Positions 9,350 to 18,706 of a stretch of 64,000 nt of DNA are shown here, in pieces. Location of the stretch: the NCBI GenBank assembly GCA_029261055.1, contig JAJDCA010000037.1, positions 10,291 to 74,290 on the forward strand. The letters are read 5' to 3'. The translations under genes were made by a program, and so were the position numbers. The notes under the pieces were generated by a model that ran no database searches, had not been told where the DNA came from, and saw only the letters and a list, made by a program, of their open reading frames with translations. How positions within the stretch are numbered: position 1 is the first letter of the stretch; every line of letters begins with the position of its first letter. The DNA comes from Candidatus Omnitrophota bacterium (GTDB lineage Bacteria; Omnitrophota; Gorgyraeia; Zapsychrales; Zapsychraceae).

Positions 9350-9640
9350 ATGGACAATCTTTGCTTTGACCTAGAAGCTATTGGTATTGATGAAGAATTG
9401 ATATTAAAAACAAATATAGACTCTGCTAAAAAAAATATTAAACTATTAAAAACTTTAATTAATTCTTCCAAGAAAGATACAGAGGAATTGGAATGTTTAC
9501 CAAAGTGTGGAGAGTCGCCTGGTATTTCTTATAATTTAGGAATAGAGGAGGGTAGGCGTCAAATTTATAAAGATCTGATTTACTTTTATGAATCACAAAT
9601 TAAAAATATTAGAAAAAGGAAAATTAGGAGAAAATTATGA
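9350..9640 (+). CDS. hypothetical protein
   Basis: ORF track. Confidence 0.45.
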   Translation: MDNLCFDLEAIGIDEELILKTNIDSAKKNIKLLKTLINSSKKDTEELECLPKCGESPGISYNLGIEEGRRQIYKDLIYFYESQIKNIRKRKIRRKL

Positions 9641-9996
9641 AAAATACAAAGGATAAGTTAGTGATGAGTTTTGGTGCCTTAGTTATTATTGCCATTATTG
9701 GCTTTATATTTATAGGTATTGCTGGTCATTTTAATACAAAAACAATAACTGGTACAGTAACCGAAAAAGAACGAATCATTGATAGTGGCGGTGGCTCTTC
9801 ATACTATTTGGTTTGGGTAGAATCAAAAGATGGCACCACTCACGTATTGAAAAATTCAGACACTTGCTTTCGGTGGAAGTTTAATTCATCTACTATTCAT
9901 GGCAAGATCAAAGTAGGTAATCAAGTAAATTTACGGACGTATGGATTTCGTATTCCCATCTTATCTATGTATCCGAATATTATTGAAATTGAATAG
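9637..9996 (+). CDS. membrane-anchored protein
   Basis: N-terminal TM FGALVIIAIIGFIFIGIAG. Confidence 0.45.
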   Translation: MKNTKDKLVMSFGALVIIAIIGFIFIGIAGHFNTKTITGTVTEKERIIDSGGGSSYYLVWVESKDGTTHVLKNSDTCFRWKFNSSTIHGKIKVGNQVNLRTYGFRIPILSMYPNIIEIE

Positions 9997-10094
9997 TGTG
10001 TTGGCTCCTATGACATGCACTGACAGAGAAAAAAACATAACCCGCAACCATATATTGGTGGCATAACGTTTACAGCGTCCAAGAAAGGACAACT

Positions 10095-10934
10095 ATGCGT
10101 CTTTATTGTATTTTAGTGATTCTATTAGGCTTAATTTGTTTTTCTGTAAAAGCATATGGTCAGGATGAACAGTCGCAACCAAAGTCTTATTTCCCACATG
10201 GAACATTTAGTGACAATGGTGACGGTACTTATTTAATGGAGGTTTTTACGCAAGATATGATTGATAATGGACTTTATCCTGATGGGTTTGATTCCTTGCC
10301 CGCTCAGATGAAGTCGAGCTATCTATCTACCATTAAAACACTATTATCAACATCATATGAGGAGGGAACTAAAATTTACCTCGTGCCAGATGGTGGAATA
10401 TGCAAGATATTATCTACAGCTAAAGATGTGGTAGTTCCAGGAGGCAATAACAGATTTGAGTATAATCGGGTGGATTATACGACATATTCTACTAATCGTG
10501 CAGAGTTTAAGTCTATTACCTTTTATGGGCAGCAGTGTTGTAAGGTCAAGCTTAAGGGAGCCTTTAGTGTTCCTGAAGATGAAATTCCTCTAATTGGATG
10601 GTCTAATATAACTACACAAATTTACGATTGTAATTCTGGCAACATATCAACAGATGCTAATGGTCAAATTCAAATTAATAGCATTAATTTGGGGAGTCCT
10701 ATTGCATCAGCTCCTATATACGAAGTTAGATGGGATACAACAGGTTGGCGCGGAGAGCCTGGACTTACTCATACTCGCTTCAAAAAATTTACTGGTGAGT
10801 TTATAATGGAGGTGCCTTGTGATAGTTGTAGGATTGTTAAATTTCAGATTTCAACTAGGACAGGATCTTATTCTCTTATATATGCTTTAAAATGTGGAGC
10901 CGTCTACTGTAATGGATACGAGAATGGGTTCTAG
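10095..10934 (+). CDS. secreted protein (signal peptide)
   Basis: MRLYCILVILLGLICFSVKAYG signal peptide; RBS AAAGGACAACT. Confidence 0.55.
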   Translation: MRLYCILVILLGLICFSVKAYGQDEQSQPKSYFPHGTFSDNGDGTYLMEVFTQDMIDNGLYPDGFDSLPAQMKSSYLSTIKTLLSTSYEEGTKIYLVPDGGICKILSTAKDVVVPGGNNRFEYNRVDYTTYSTNRAEFKSITFYGQQCCKVKLKGAFSVPEDEIPLIGWSNITTQIYDCNSGNISTDANGQIQINSINLGSPIASAPIYEVRWDTTGWRGEPGLTHTRFKKFTGEFIMEVPCDSCRIVKFQISTRTGSYSLIYALKCGAVYCNGYENGF

Positions 10935-11080
10935 AATATAGAACTTAGATTTTGTGTAGCTTGTGACAATCCAAGTTACAGGCTACATATTTCACCATTA
11001 TAGAGCTTATAATAATAAACTAATGTAAATTCGTATAATGTATTGCATACTTTTAACTTAATACACTATAGGGGGTTTAC

Positions 11081-11641
11081 ATGTTGATATTTAAAATTAG
11101 ACAGCGTGGTGCTGCAATTGTTGAGACTGATTTGGTTGAAATTGTATTTTCTCAAGAGACACCACTAGCGTTTAGGCGTAAAGATCATGATAATCGTGCA
11201 TTTCTAGTAAACAGAAGACTTATGCAGTTTGATAAAAGAGTTGTGGATTCTTGGCTAAATGGCCAAGACTACTCTATTGTTAGCGAAAACAGTGTGGCCG
11301 AATCTATAAAAACAAAAACTGGAGATGCAATACCAAATACAGCGCCAATCATTCGTTTTTTTACTCCAAATACACAGGTTGTAGCCAATGGAGGGTTTCC
11401 GTTTACTTTATCAACTAATGGTACAGCATCATTGATTGACGATAATCTTCCAAGCGGAAACATAACATTTTTATGGAAGCAAATAAGTGGCCCTGGTGTT
11501 TCGTCTGTGACATTTTCTGACCCTACGGTCGGATTTCCATCTATTACTTTTCCAACAAGTGGGATATATGTCATAAGACTCACAGCGGATGATGGTGAAT
11601 TATCTGGATACGCCGAAATAACTGTTGATATTAATAAATAA
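11081..11641 (+). CDS. Ig-like/PKD-type domain protein (possible virion decoration)
   Basis: C-terminal FLWKQISGPGVSSVTFSDP...GIYVIRLTADDGELSGYAEITVDI resembles bacterial Ig/PKD repeats. Confidence 0.5.
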   Translation: MLIFKIRQRGAAIVETDLVEIVFSQETPLAFRRKDHDNRAFLVNRRLMQFDKRVVDSWLNGQDYSIVSENSVAESIKTKTGDAIPNTAPIIRFFTPNTQVVANGGFPFTLSTNGTASLIDDNLPSGNITFLWKQISGPGVSSVTFSDPTVGFPSITFPTSGIYVIRLTADDGELSGYAEITVDINK

Positions 11642-11669
11642 ATAAACGTCAAATATAGCAATATTTATG

Positions 11670-11703
11670 CCTGATAATTTTTGTAAATTGTCAGGTTTTT
11701 TTA
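11670..11703 (+). terminator. rho-independent terminator
   Basis: CCTGATAAT...ATTGTCAGG 9-bp stem (one mismatch) followed by T7 run. Confidence 0.6.
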
Positions 11704-11732
11704 TTGACAATACAAACATTTCATCTTATAAT
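11704..11732 (+). promoter_or_regulatory. consensus sigma70 promoter TTGACA-N17-TATAAT
   Basis: Exact consensus hexamers with 17-nt spacer; 38 nt upstream of the 11771 start. Confidence 0.7.
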
Positions 11733-11770
11733 TTATTGAACGTATTTTAGTTGTATTTTGAACCCATGAG

Positions 11771-12097
11771 ATGAAAGTAACTATTATGAGCAATCAAATA
11801 GATATTATAAAAAATTTAATTGAAAATACTAACGGCAAGATTGCCAGCATTACATTTAAAAAACGTACTGGGAAACAAGAGGTGACTACCAGAACAATTA
11901 GAACTGGTGTAAAACGAGATGTTATTGGTGTTGGACAAAAATATAATCCGTCAGATTACGATCTCATAACGATATTTGATATGAATAGAGATAATGGTCC
12001 TGGCAAAGAGCGTGGTAGACATTTGAACATCCCTCTTGACTCTATCATAGAATTGCGTTGCGGTAAAATTAAATATACAACAGATAAGGTTATTTAA
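11771..12097 (+). CDS. hypothetical protein
   Basis: ORF track. Confidence 0.5.
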   Translation: MKVTIMSNQIDIIKNLIENTNGKIASITFKKRTGKQEVTTRTIRTGVKRDVIGVGQKYNPSDYDLITIFDMNRDNGPGKERGRHLNIPLDSIIELRCGKIKYTTDKVI

Positions 12098-12423
12098 TGA
12101 AAATATCAATTTTGCTAATTATTTTATTATCTATATGTGGCTGTAATAAAACTAGTAGTATTAATAACAGTCACATTGTAGAAAATACTACTGAGTTTGA
12201 ATATTGGGATGGTAAATTCCCAAATACTATACCAAAAGAATCATTTAGAGTGTATTTTAAAACTCTGAAAAACAAAAATCACTCAATTAGGACTGGAATT
12301 ATGGTTGAGCCAGCAACTAGATTACATGACGTTGCAATCAATACCTGTAAGGATCATGCTAGAAATCAGGGCTGGGTTGAATACAGTAGTCAACAATGGA
12401 GACGAGAGGTTTCTGTTAAATAA
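12097..12423 (+). CDS. putative lipoprotein
   Basis: N-terminal LLIILLSICGC lipobox-like signal. Confidence 0.5.
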   Translation: MKISILLIILLSICGCNKTSSINNSHIVENTTEFEYWDGKFPNTIPKESFRVYFKTLKNKNHSIRTGIMVEPATRLHDVAINTCKDHARNQGWVEYSSQQWRREVSVK

Positions 12424-12424
12424 A

Positions 12425-12661
12425 ATGACAAAACAAATTTCCGTCTATATGTGCATCAAGTGTGCTAAGGTTTTTTCTGAGCCCGACAGATATAAAACTA
12501 ATTCAGAGTATTTTGAGTGGTGTCCATGCTGCTGTAGTCCCGATATTAAATCTATTACCTGTACTGAAAACCTTAATTTAAAGCAATCAAAATGTTGTGA
12601 TTTATTTGATAGTATTGGAAACTTTATTATTATAGATTCACTATTTAATGAAAGTATATAA
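12425..12661 (+). CDS. zinc-ribbon protein
   Basis: CIKCAKV...CPCCCSPD; ATG at 12425 directly after the upstream stop (track start 12305 overlaps the previous gene). Confidence 0.4.
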   Translation: MTKQISVYMCIKCAKVFSEPDRYKTNSEYFEWCPCCCSPDIKSITCTENLNLKQSKCCDLFDSIGNFIIIDSLFNESI

Positions 12662-12664
12662 CTT

Positions 12665-13156
12665 ATGGATTATGATGATTTAGAAAAAATCTACACCAAA
12701 CAATTTACTGACAAGTGCGAAGAATTAAATTTAAGAAAACCAAAAAAGGACTTTGAGGGAATTCCAACACTTTATCCTCGTGGAAAAAAAAGAAAGTGGT
12801 ACTGTCAGGCTTGGGGAAATAATGAGGCAGCACTAACCCTCTTTGATCATATTTTAGCAGCAGATGGTAAAACACTGCATGGTAAAACGGTAGTTGTTTT
12901 TTTTAATAAATTCATCAAGTGTACGGGGTTTTATGGCGTTGAGTTTCGCGATTTAGAAGATCATAATGTCATGTCTCGCTTCATAGAGAATGGATTTAAA
13001 ATTATAACAGGCGATACAGAGATGAACCTTGTTTTTCCACTGTCTAAATTAGAGGAAATAGTAGAAGAATTTGGTTTTGAAAAAAAGAAAGCTAGTAAAA
13101 ATCAAATAGAGTACAGAAAAAACTTTGGCAAATTCGTCAAAGAGTCAAAAAAATAA
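12665..13156 (+). CDS. hypothetical protein
   Basis: ORF track. Confidence 0.5.
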   Translation: MDYDDLEKIYTKQFTDKCEELNLRKPKKDFEGIPTLYPRGKKRKWYCQAWGNNEAALTLFDHILAADGKTLHGKTVVVFFNKFIKCTGFYGVEFRDLEDHNVMSRFIENGFKIITGDTEMNLVFPLSKLEEIVEEFGFEKKKASKNQIEYRKNFGKFVKESKK

Positions 13157-13282
13157 TAATACACTAAAGAATGCCAATGCCCAATGATTACTTCGTACTG
13201 CTTTGCGTGTTACCAACTAACTGTTCTGCTCTAACAAGAGAAGTTAATTAGTTATGTTGCTTAGTAGTTTACTACTGCTCGT

Positions 13283-13310
13283 CTGGGGAGCACCCCCAGT
13301 GCGCTTTGTT
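13283..13310 (+). terminator. GC-rich hairpin with interrupted U-tract
   Basis: CTGGGG-AGCAC-CCCCAG followed by TGCGCTTTGTTTGG. Confidence 0.35.
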
Positions 13311-13428
13311 TGGTGTCTCAATGTTTTTGAGTTGCGCCATCTATACCAGTTATAACTATATGTTATGTTTAAAATCGCGAAGTGCTGGTTAAAAATTTAT
13401 TTTGTTTGTAAGTTACGTTTACCTAACA

Positions 13429-13449
13429 CGTTCTGGGAGCGTTTTTTTT
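13429..13449 (+). terminator. rho-independent terminator
   Basis: CGTTC-TGG-GAGCG stem-loop followed by T8. Confidence 0.5.
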
Positions 13450-13500
13450 CTCTAGTATCACACATATGAAAAATGCTTATTAGACTTATGACTATACAAT

Positions 13501-13950
13501 GTGACACTATACAATAAGAAAAGAGCTATAATGTTATTAGATTTATCATTTCAGTTAGATGACTTTAGAGACGTTGTTGTCGAGTACCCCGATCATGTTA
13601 CCGACATATTTAGACAGATTTTTGACGATGGGTTTAATCAGTCTGACCCTAGTAATCCTGGGTACACGGTAAATATCCAACCCTGCGACCTAACCTGGAT
13701 GCTTGTTCGTGATGAGGAGTGCTTAGGCAATGCAACCGTAGACACATCCAATAAGTCTATAAACATTAGATTTGACCAACTAGACTTTAAACTGGCGGCG
13801 GTATATAAATCGGCACTGTGGAAGAGTAGATCCACCGTAAGGATGACACAACCAAGAATAAACAAATATGATAGGAATATCATTAGTAATAATAAGCCAA
13901 CTAGGCTCAGACTAGTAGAGCAGGATTCAGTTCCATTTATGAGGCTGTGA
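13501..13950 (+). CDS. hypothetical protein
   Basis: ORF track. Confidence 0.45.
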   Translation: MTLYNKKRAIMLLDLSFQLDDFRDVVVEYPDHVTDIFRQIFDDGFNQSDPSNPGYTVNIQPCDLTWMLVRDEECLGNATVDTSNKSINIRFDQLDFKLAAVYKSALWKSRSTVRMTQPRINKYDRNIISNNKPTRLRLVEQDSVPFMRL

Positions 13951-13965
13951 GGCTATGACTTTCCC

Positions 13966-14538
13966 TTGTTAAAGAATACGCTATGTTGTGGTAAGGAATT
14001 GAAATTGAAATTAGATGGTAATAATGCTATTATATCCTATTTGTCATTTTTATTAATAGGTATTTTTACATTTGTTAGTGTTTCGGTTGGTAAACCAGGC
14101 ATTGAATATTTGTCGTTTGCAATTGACTTAAAGGATGTTGTAGTGATTGCGGTGGCGTTACCAACAATGATATTAATTAATTATGTTGTTGGTTTACTTT
14201 CTCCCAATGAAGGTGATAGTGGTAGAATTAATGGTAAATTGTTGCCTATGATTGTATTCGTTATATTTGCCTCCATTATAGAAGAAATGTTTATTAGGAG
14301 CGTCATTCATGTTAGGTTTGGGGTTTTTATTGCAGCTATTGTTTTTGCATTAATGCATTTAAAATCATTTTCATACTTTATAATGACATTTATTATAGGA
14401 TTACTGCTCGGTGTTTGTTTTGAGTTTACAGGTAGTGTGTCTGTTCCGGTAATAATTCATGTTTTACATAACATAATCGTTGTTGTTTCGTTGAACTTTA
14501 GAAAGAATAATTATGTCGTGTGTGAAAATTGTTCCTGA
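13966..14538 (+). CDS. CPBP (CAAX/Abi) family intramembrane metalloprotease
   Basis: Motif 1 IEEMFIRS (EExxxR), motif 2 FALMH (FxxxH), motif 3 HVLHN (HxxxN); multiple TM helices. Confidence 0.7.
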   Translation: MLKNTLCCGKELKLKLDGNNAIISYLSFLLIGIFTFVSVSVGKPGIEYLSFAIDLKDVVVIAVALPTMILINYVVGLLSPNEGDSGRINGKLLPMIVFVIFASIIEEMFIRSVIHVRFGVFIAAIVFALMHLKSFSYFIMTFIIGLLLGVCFEFTGSVSVPVIIHVLHNIIVVVSLNFRKNNYVVCENCS

Positions 14539-14785
14539 AGATAATGTAGACATAGAAGATATTTTATTAGTTGTGTTTAATAATAATCTATTGCCTGGAT
14601 TGGAAAACTGTACAAAAGCATTATGTACTAAGGGTAGGTGGCTTGGGTGGCTATTTTGTCTGAATAATAAAAATAAATGGAAGCCATGCAGGTTTCCTAC
14701 TGAAGTTGACATGTCCTATATTGTAAGAGATGATATATTTTCACAAACAATTATAGATTACATCATACAATCTATAAGTAAGTAG
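14513..14785 (+). CDS. hypothetical protein
   Basis: ORF track; 26-nt overlap with CPBP gene. Confidence 0.35.
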   Translation: MSCVKIVPEDNVDIEDILLVVFNNNLLPGLENCTKALCTKGRWLGWLFCLNNKNKWKPCRFPTEVDMSYIVRDDIFSQTIIDYIIQSISK

Positions 14786-14795
14786 GTGTAGACAT

Positions 14796-15002
14796 ATGTT
14801 TAAATTTAAACATAATGAAATTGTTAAAATAAAAAAATCTAATAAAATAGGTGTTGTTGTTTGCATAAGACATAGCTCTACTGATAATGCACCACAGTAT
14901 TTAGTTCAGACATCAAGTAGTGGCCTATCTCAATCTTTTGATCAAAGCGATTTGAAAAAAAGATACAATCTATTAATGAGATTAATAAAGAAGTTGAAAT
15001 AA
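14796..15002 (+). CDS. hypothetical small protein
   Basis: ORF track. Confidence 0.4.
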   Translation: MFKFKHNEIVKIKKSNKIGVVVCIRHSSTDNAPQYLVQTSSSGLSQSFDQSDLKKRYNLLMRLIKKLK

Positions 15003-15287
15003 CTCAATTTAGATTATATTAAGTCTAGTTAAACTCATGTCTTGGACACAATCTATAAAAATTATACTGTTTTGTTTATACATGTGATATTATCATAGTA
15101 ATAGATTGGAGGTTTTTTGGAGCAGCTTTTGTTTTTCATTGGTGTACTTATATGTTTATTTACATTAATGTTTGTATCTGAAATAATTAAGTTTTTTACT
15201 TATTTAATTTGGCAACCACTAGAAACAATAATTAAAGTTTTGTGTGATATTGTCAATAAACGTTAGTATGTTAGATAGGATTTTACA

Positions 15288-15590
15288 ATGAAGCCATTTT
15301 ATTCTCACCTAAGAGAAGATCATAAGAATTTTGATCAAGAGGTGTTTCGTGCGTTATGTGATAGTATTAAATTAGGACAAATAAGCTACAATTGTGCTTT
15401 TAGACTTATTAAGCAGAAGAAAATCAAAGCATTTACTACATGTAGACTTAAAAACAGCAAATATGAACTTGTTGGTTGCGGATATGCTTTCTGTGTTGAT
15501 AACTTTTGTAAAAAAGATGGTAGGTCAATCTCTAAAGGTAGAGCTGAAGAAAACTATATGTTTAATATTAGGGATGACAACAGTAAATAG
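15288..15590 (+). CDS. hypothetical protein
   Basis: ORF track; RBS TAGGATTTTACA. Confidence 0.4.
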   Translation: MKPFYSHLREDHKNFDQEVFRALCDSIKLGQISYNCAFRLIKQKKIKAFTTCRLKNSKYELVGCGYAFCVDNFCKKDGRSISKGRAEENYMFNIRDDNSK

Positions 15591-15653
15591 TTTGACAGAT
15601 GTGACAAATGTGAACTATTTATTTAAAAATGTGATAGATGTGATAAAAATGAC

Positions 15654-15682
15654 TTGACAATATCATTATTTTGTGGTACAAT
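15654..15682 (+). promoter_or_regulatory. sigma70-like promoter TTGACA-N17-TACAAT (extended -10)
   Basis: TTGACA 15654-15659, 17-nt spacer ending TGG, TACAAT 15677-15682. Confidence 0.6.
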
Positions 15683-15727
15683 ATAGTGTATTGTTTGTTA
15701 AACTATTGTACTAGAAAGAGATATGCT

Positions 15728-16966
15728 ATGAAAACTGAAGTCAAGTCAACATCTGTTGCAGGTAAGAAATTATTATTAGAATTAAAAAAAATTCATCCTC
15801 AGTGGGAGTTGGCGGCAGCAATATTTTTATCATTGCGAGGTCGTCTTGAGCGTAAGTTAGTTGAATCAGGTGACTTGGAATTTGATAACCGTATTGGGAA
15901 AGCATTTCCAGACGGAGATATCTCTATCATTATGCTTGGTGATCGTGGTACGCGAAAAACAACACTGATGAAAAGTATTTTTAATGGTTTAGGTCTTAAT
16001 GGCACTTCTGATAATGATGAACCAATGTCTCATTTTGTTAAAAGTGCTAATGCTGCAACATCTGTTGGATTATTTGAACTTTTTGAAGATCATCCCGATA
16101 AGGTTTTATTCATAGACGAAATTGATTTAGATAGTTCTGGTCATTTTGGAATCTTTAAACAAATCTCAAATGGAGAAATATTCAGGCAAAAGCATGGTGG
16201 TATTGATCCAGTGCCATTTAAGAGCTTAGTAATATCTGCAACAAATTCTATTAGTATGCCTAAAAAACGTAGTGATCGTCAACATCTATTAGCTGTACTT
16301 GATAGATTCTATGTCATGTTAGCAAAACCAGTTGAAACAAATGTTCATAATATAATTGACAATGTTATTGATGGTAATTTTGCTAATCAAAAGGTAAACT
16401 GGAAATATCTCACAGAATGTCTTACTAGAAGTAATTTCAATAAAATTGTAGAAAATGAAAAAGCTCTTGTTCATGCGATTTGGGAAGAAAAAGAGAAATA
16501 TGTACTAGGGTCTGGAAGAGATCAGACGAGAAATATCTTTAAAATTGTAGATACTGTATTGTTTTTTAAAAGAATACTTGGTGTTGAAGATGTTACCCAA
16601 CATAAAGACATTGCTGCAATGATAGTTAAGTTGATTGATGCCATTATTTTGATTAATCCTGCCAGCATTATTTCTCTCAAGGATGACTTAGATGAGCTTT
16701 TATATAATGCCGTATCTAATAATGATGATGAAAATGGTGTGCGAATGTCTCAAATACTAGATACATGTAGCGAACATGGTATGTCAATAAATGAAAGCCA
16801 GAGAAGAAAAATAATTAATCGTCTTGATAATTTAGTTATGTCAAGTATTTTAACTAGACCATCTAAGGGGCGTTATAGTACGAAAAAAATAATGATCCCC
16901 AAAAAGAAAAGCGATGGATCTAAAGTTAATAAGGTTAAAAATAGTCCATTATCTGGACTACTATAA
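15728..16966 (+). CDS. AAA+ ATPase with non-canonical Walker A
   Basis: GDRGTRKTT (GxxGxRKT), Walker B VLFIDEIDL, sensor-1 ISATN. ATG at 15728 with RBS GAAAGAGA preferred over track start 15671, which lies inside the promoter. Confidence 0.55.
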   Translation: MKTEVKSTSVAGKKLLLELKKIHPQWELAAAIFLSLRGRLERKLVESGDLEFDNRIGKAFPDGDISIIMLGDRGTRKTTLMKSIFNGLGLNGTSDNDEPMSHFVKSANAATSVGLFELFEDHPDKVLFIDEIDLDSSGHFGIFKQISNGEIFRQKHGGIDPVPFKSLVISATNSISMPKKRSDRQHLLAVLDRFYVMLAKPVETNVHNIIDNVIDGNFANQKVNWKYLTECLTRSNFNKIVENEKALVHAIWEEKEKYVLGSGRDQTRNIFKIVDTVLFFKRILGVEDVTQHKDIAAMIVKLIDAIILINPASIISLKDDLDELLYNAVSNNDDENGVRMSQILDTCSEHGMSINESQRRKIINRLDNLVMSSILTRPSKGRYSTKKIMIPKKKSDGSKVNKVKNSPLSGLL

Positions 16967-16989
16967 ATTAGTGATAGGTAATATAGCCA

Positions 16990-17193
16990 ATGAGTAATGT
17001 ATTCAGGGAGATATTCAGTATCAAAGAGGACAACGGCGATCTTGGCTTCTACGAGGACGGAACGATTTGCGTAGAAGTTAGTGGTTCATATGGGGTTGAC
17101 TTTGGAGTGTTGGAACTAACAAAAGCCCAAACCTGCGCCCTTTATGAAGCAATGAAGGCGCATTATGAGAGGGAAGAGGATGAGCAGGATTAA
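16990..17193 (+). CDS. hypothetical small acidic protein
   Basis: ORF track. Confidence 0.4.
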   Translation: MSNVFREIFSIKEDNGDLGFYEDGTICVEVSGSYGVDFGVLELTKAQTCALYEAMKAHYEREEDEQD

Positions 17194-17392
17194 AGAAGGA
17201 GATCTATGCAAGTTGAGGAAAGATAAATACCTAATACTCAAAGTGAAGAGGATTCTGCCTAAAGGATCTCACGATAGAAAGTGTGAGCTTGTTGAGTGCT
17301 GGGCAGAGCCCGATAGAGGACAAGATAATATGTCTTTCGCCTTAATGAAAACATTTAGAATGGTTGACTTAGTTGCAATAGAAAGAAAATGA
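17165..17392 (+). CDS. hypothetical small protein
   Basis: ORF track. Confidence 0.4.
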   Translation: MRGKRMSRIKEGDLCKLRKDKYLILKVKRILPKGSHDRKCELVECWAEPDRGQDNMSFALMKTFRMVDLVAIERK

Positions 17393-17404
17393 AATGGAGT
17401 TACA

Positions 17405-17659
17405 GTGAAAAAATATGAACTAAAAAAGAATAGCGTCACATTTGCAGAATGGGATGGCAAAATATGTTGTCATGAAGAGAGTAATCTTTCGTGGGCTGCT
17501 ATTGTTAATAACCATCATGATAAGGTTTATATATCAGAAGAACTTATAGACGATTTATCAAAGGCTCTTGAGAGGCACAGAAGATTTAGGGTATTAAATG
17601 GAGTTATTGCGTTTAGTCAGGAGATAAAAAAGGGTGACAATGGTGATAAAGTCGACTAG
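17405..17659 (+). CDS. hypothetical small protein
   Basis: ORF track. Confidence 0.4.
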   Translation: MKKYELKKNSVTFAEWDGKICCHEESNLSWAAIVNNHHDKVYISEELIDDLSKALERHRRFRVLNGVIAFSQEIKKGDNGDKVD

Positions 17660-18185
17660 CTGGGATTATGTTTGGATGAATATCGCCGAAACTATAGCAG
17701 AAATGAAATCTAAAGATCCCGAAATAAAGGTTGGGTCCGTATTGGTGAGCGATGATAATAAACAGATGTCTGTTGGGTTTAATGGATTTGCTAAAAACAT
17801 CAAAGAAACAGAAGAAAGATGGAGCAACGACAGCAAAAAAGACCTCGTAATTCATGCTGAAGAGAATGCTTTGCATAATGCAAATACAGATGTGAGCGGA
17901 TGGACAATTTATATAACGCTATTTCCATGCACCAGATGTGCTAATATTATAATAAACAATGGAATTAAGCGGGTAGTTTATTTAAATGATTACAAAAAGG
18001 AAAGCAGTTGGAATCAGAAAAGAGAACTAACACTAGAGTTGTTAAAAGAGGCGGGGGTAAAGATAGAGAAGCTGAGCGAATTAGAGGATTCAGTGAAAAA
18101 GTCAATAGTCTCAACCAGCAAGAAATCTCAAAATTTGTTTATGAGAATATTGATGAATTTATTAACATTTGGAAACCGTCCATAG
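17634..18185 (+). CDS. dCMP deaminase
   Basis: GFNGFAKN (GYNG-like), HAEENAL zinc-binding, PCTRCANII (PCxxC); C-terminal ~30 aa overlap next ORF. Confidence 0.8.
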   Translation: MTMVIKSTSWDYVWMNIAETIAEMKSKDPEIKVGSVLVSDDNKQMSVGFNGFAKNIKETEERWSNDSKKDLVIHAEENALHNANTDVSGWTIYITLFPCTRCANIIINNGIKRVVYLNDYKKESSWNQKRELTLELLKEAGVKIEKLSELEDSVKKSIVSTSKKSQNLFMRILMNLLTFGNRP

Positions 18186-18703
18186 AGAAAATTCATAATA
18201 AGTATTGCAAATTTAATAGAATAATAGATCTTAGTGACCTAGAACAAGAGTCTGTTGTTATTGCTCTAGAATGTCTTGGTAGATTTGACCCTCTTAAGAT
18301 AAAGAAGGGAACTAATTATTCTAAATTGACTAACTTTGTTATAACGTCTATTCATTTTAAACTTTTATCATATATTTATCATAATAGATTTTCAATTCAT
18401 ATTCCGGCAGGTTCTTCCAGGGGGTTGACCGAAACCATAAAGCAAAAGTATAGTCCCACAGCATCCGGCTTGAATAACGTTGCATCAAATAGTATTGACC
18501 TAGATAGTATTATATACTCACAAGAGTTAGTTGATAAGATAGCATTGTTTGATAAAGATGGTATTTTTACATTGCATTATTTTTATGGGTTTACACAAAA
18601 TGAAATTGCTAGTGCATTAAATTTAACCAGACAAACAGTTTATTGTAGATTATCAATTATTAAAAATAAAATCAAAAACAGAATAAAAAACACAATGGAG
18701 TAA
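18008..18703 (+). CDS. putative sigma-factor-like transcription regulator
   Basis: Region-2-like ESVVIALECLGRFDP and C-terminal HTH NEIASALNLTRQTVYCRLSIIK; 178-nt overlap with deaminase makes the true start uncertain. Confidence 0.4.
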   Translation: MESEKRTNTRVVKRGGGKDREAERIRGFSEKVNSLNQQEISKFVYENIDEFINIWKPSIEKIHNKYCKFNRIIDLSDLEQESVVIALECLGRFDPLKIKKGTNYSKLTNFVITSIHFKLLSYIYHNRFSIHIPAGSSRGLTETIKQKYSPTASGLNNVASNSIDLDSIIYSQELVDKIALFDKDGIFTLHYFYGFTQNEIASALNLTRQTVYCRLSIIKNKIKNRIKNTME

Positions 18704-18706
18704 CAT

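Noticed and set aside
15394-15657. Alternative-frame + ORF overlapping 15288..15590
   Set aside because: Overlaps the neighbouring ORF and runs into the consensus promoter at 15654. Judged a frame artefact.
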